This document shows positions 63,726 to 64,000 of a DNA stretch of 64,000 bases, piece by piece. The DNA comes from Planctomycetota bacterium (GTDB lineage Bacteria; Planctomycetota; B15-G4): assembly GCA_029259745.1 (NCBI GenBank), contig JAJDEO010000013.1:1-64000 (forward strand), written 5' to 3'. How positions within the stretch are numbered: the first letter of the stretch is position 1; every line of letters starts with the position of its first letter. The translations under genes and the position numbers were made by a program. Under the pieces are notes generated by a model. The model had not been told where the DNA came from. It worked only from the letters and a program-made list of their open reading frames with translations, and made no database searches.

Positions 63726-64000
63726 CGGCAGTTCCAAGGGCAGGTTCACGTCGGCGACCGCCGCTCGCGGCCGGGCCGTGCAGTGTCGCAGATCCGACGT
63801 CGGACGACACGTCAGGGGCGCTCCACGCAGCGAGGACGCCGTGTGCTCGCGCGAACTGACTGGTGTCCGAGTCGGTGATCGAGCGCAGCAGGGGAATCTT
63901 TCGTGCACCGGAACTTGTCACCCAGCCCGTCTTGCCGGATGCTCGGGACGTGAACTCTGTCGACTCTCTCCCCCCGTGCGGCCGAGTCCTCTGGACGACG

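Noticed and set aside
1-64000. tRNA, rRNA or other known ncRNA genes
   Set aside because: No cloverleaf-compatible segments or rRNA-like conserved stretches were seen. The only recurrent non-coding structure is the MITE-like repeat family.

Overview
The window is about 70% GC and gene-dense, with roughly 50 protein-coding genes, no rRNA or tRNA genes and no CRISPR array. The gene content suggests a Planctomycetota/PVC-like or Myxococcota-like genome. It includes two ECF sigma factor / Ser-Thr kinase pairs, a DUF1800/DUF1501 pair, FG-GAP/ASPIC and multiheme cytochrome proteins, and prenyltransferase/squalene-oxidase repeat proteins. Recognisable modules are a VIT-VWA protein ending in a GlyGly-CTERM signal followed by a rhombosortase gene, an nfeD-flotillin-S41 peptidase operon, an OmpR-type two-component system with a PepSY protein, a di-heme cytochrome c peroxidase, an ABC transporter and rsgA. 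The features not explained by routine annotation are: (1) five signal-peptide proteins share a conserved C-terminal domain of about 85 aa (core motif APFKGGTLVP) with no terminal TM helix. The five are a trypsin-like protease, a choice-of-anchor B/J-like protein, a repeat protein, a beta-helix protein and a MurNAc-L-Ala amidase. I read this as a putative undescribed secretion/sorting tag, and three of the genes lie in tandem. (2) A MITE-like repeat family with about 25-bp terminal inverted repeats occurs at least eight times. All copies are intergenic, either just upstream of start codons or abutting or supplying stop codons. (3) A giant 1777-aa protein carries a CHAT caspase-like domain after two lipase/PGAP1-like alpha/beta-hydrolase domains. 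(4) An ArsC/Spx-family gene has an in-frame TGA exactly at the catalytic Cys of its CxxC motif, making it a selenoprotein candidate or a nonsense pseudogene. (5) A choice-of-anchor B/J gene is split by a frameshift, and an SRPBCC-like gene is decayed and contains perfect 16-bp and 18-bp tandem duplications.
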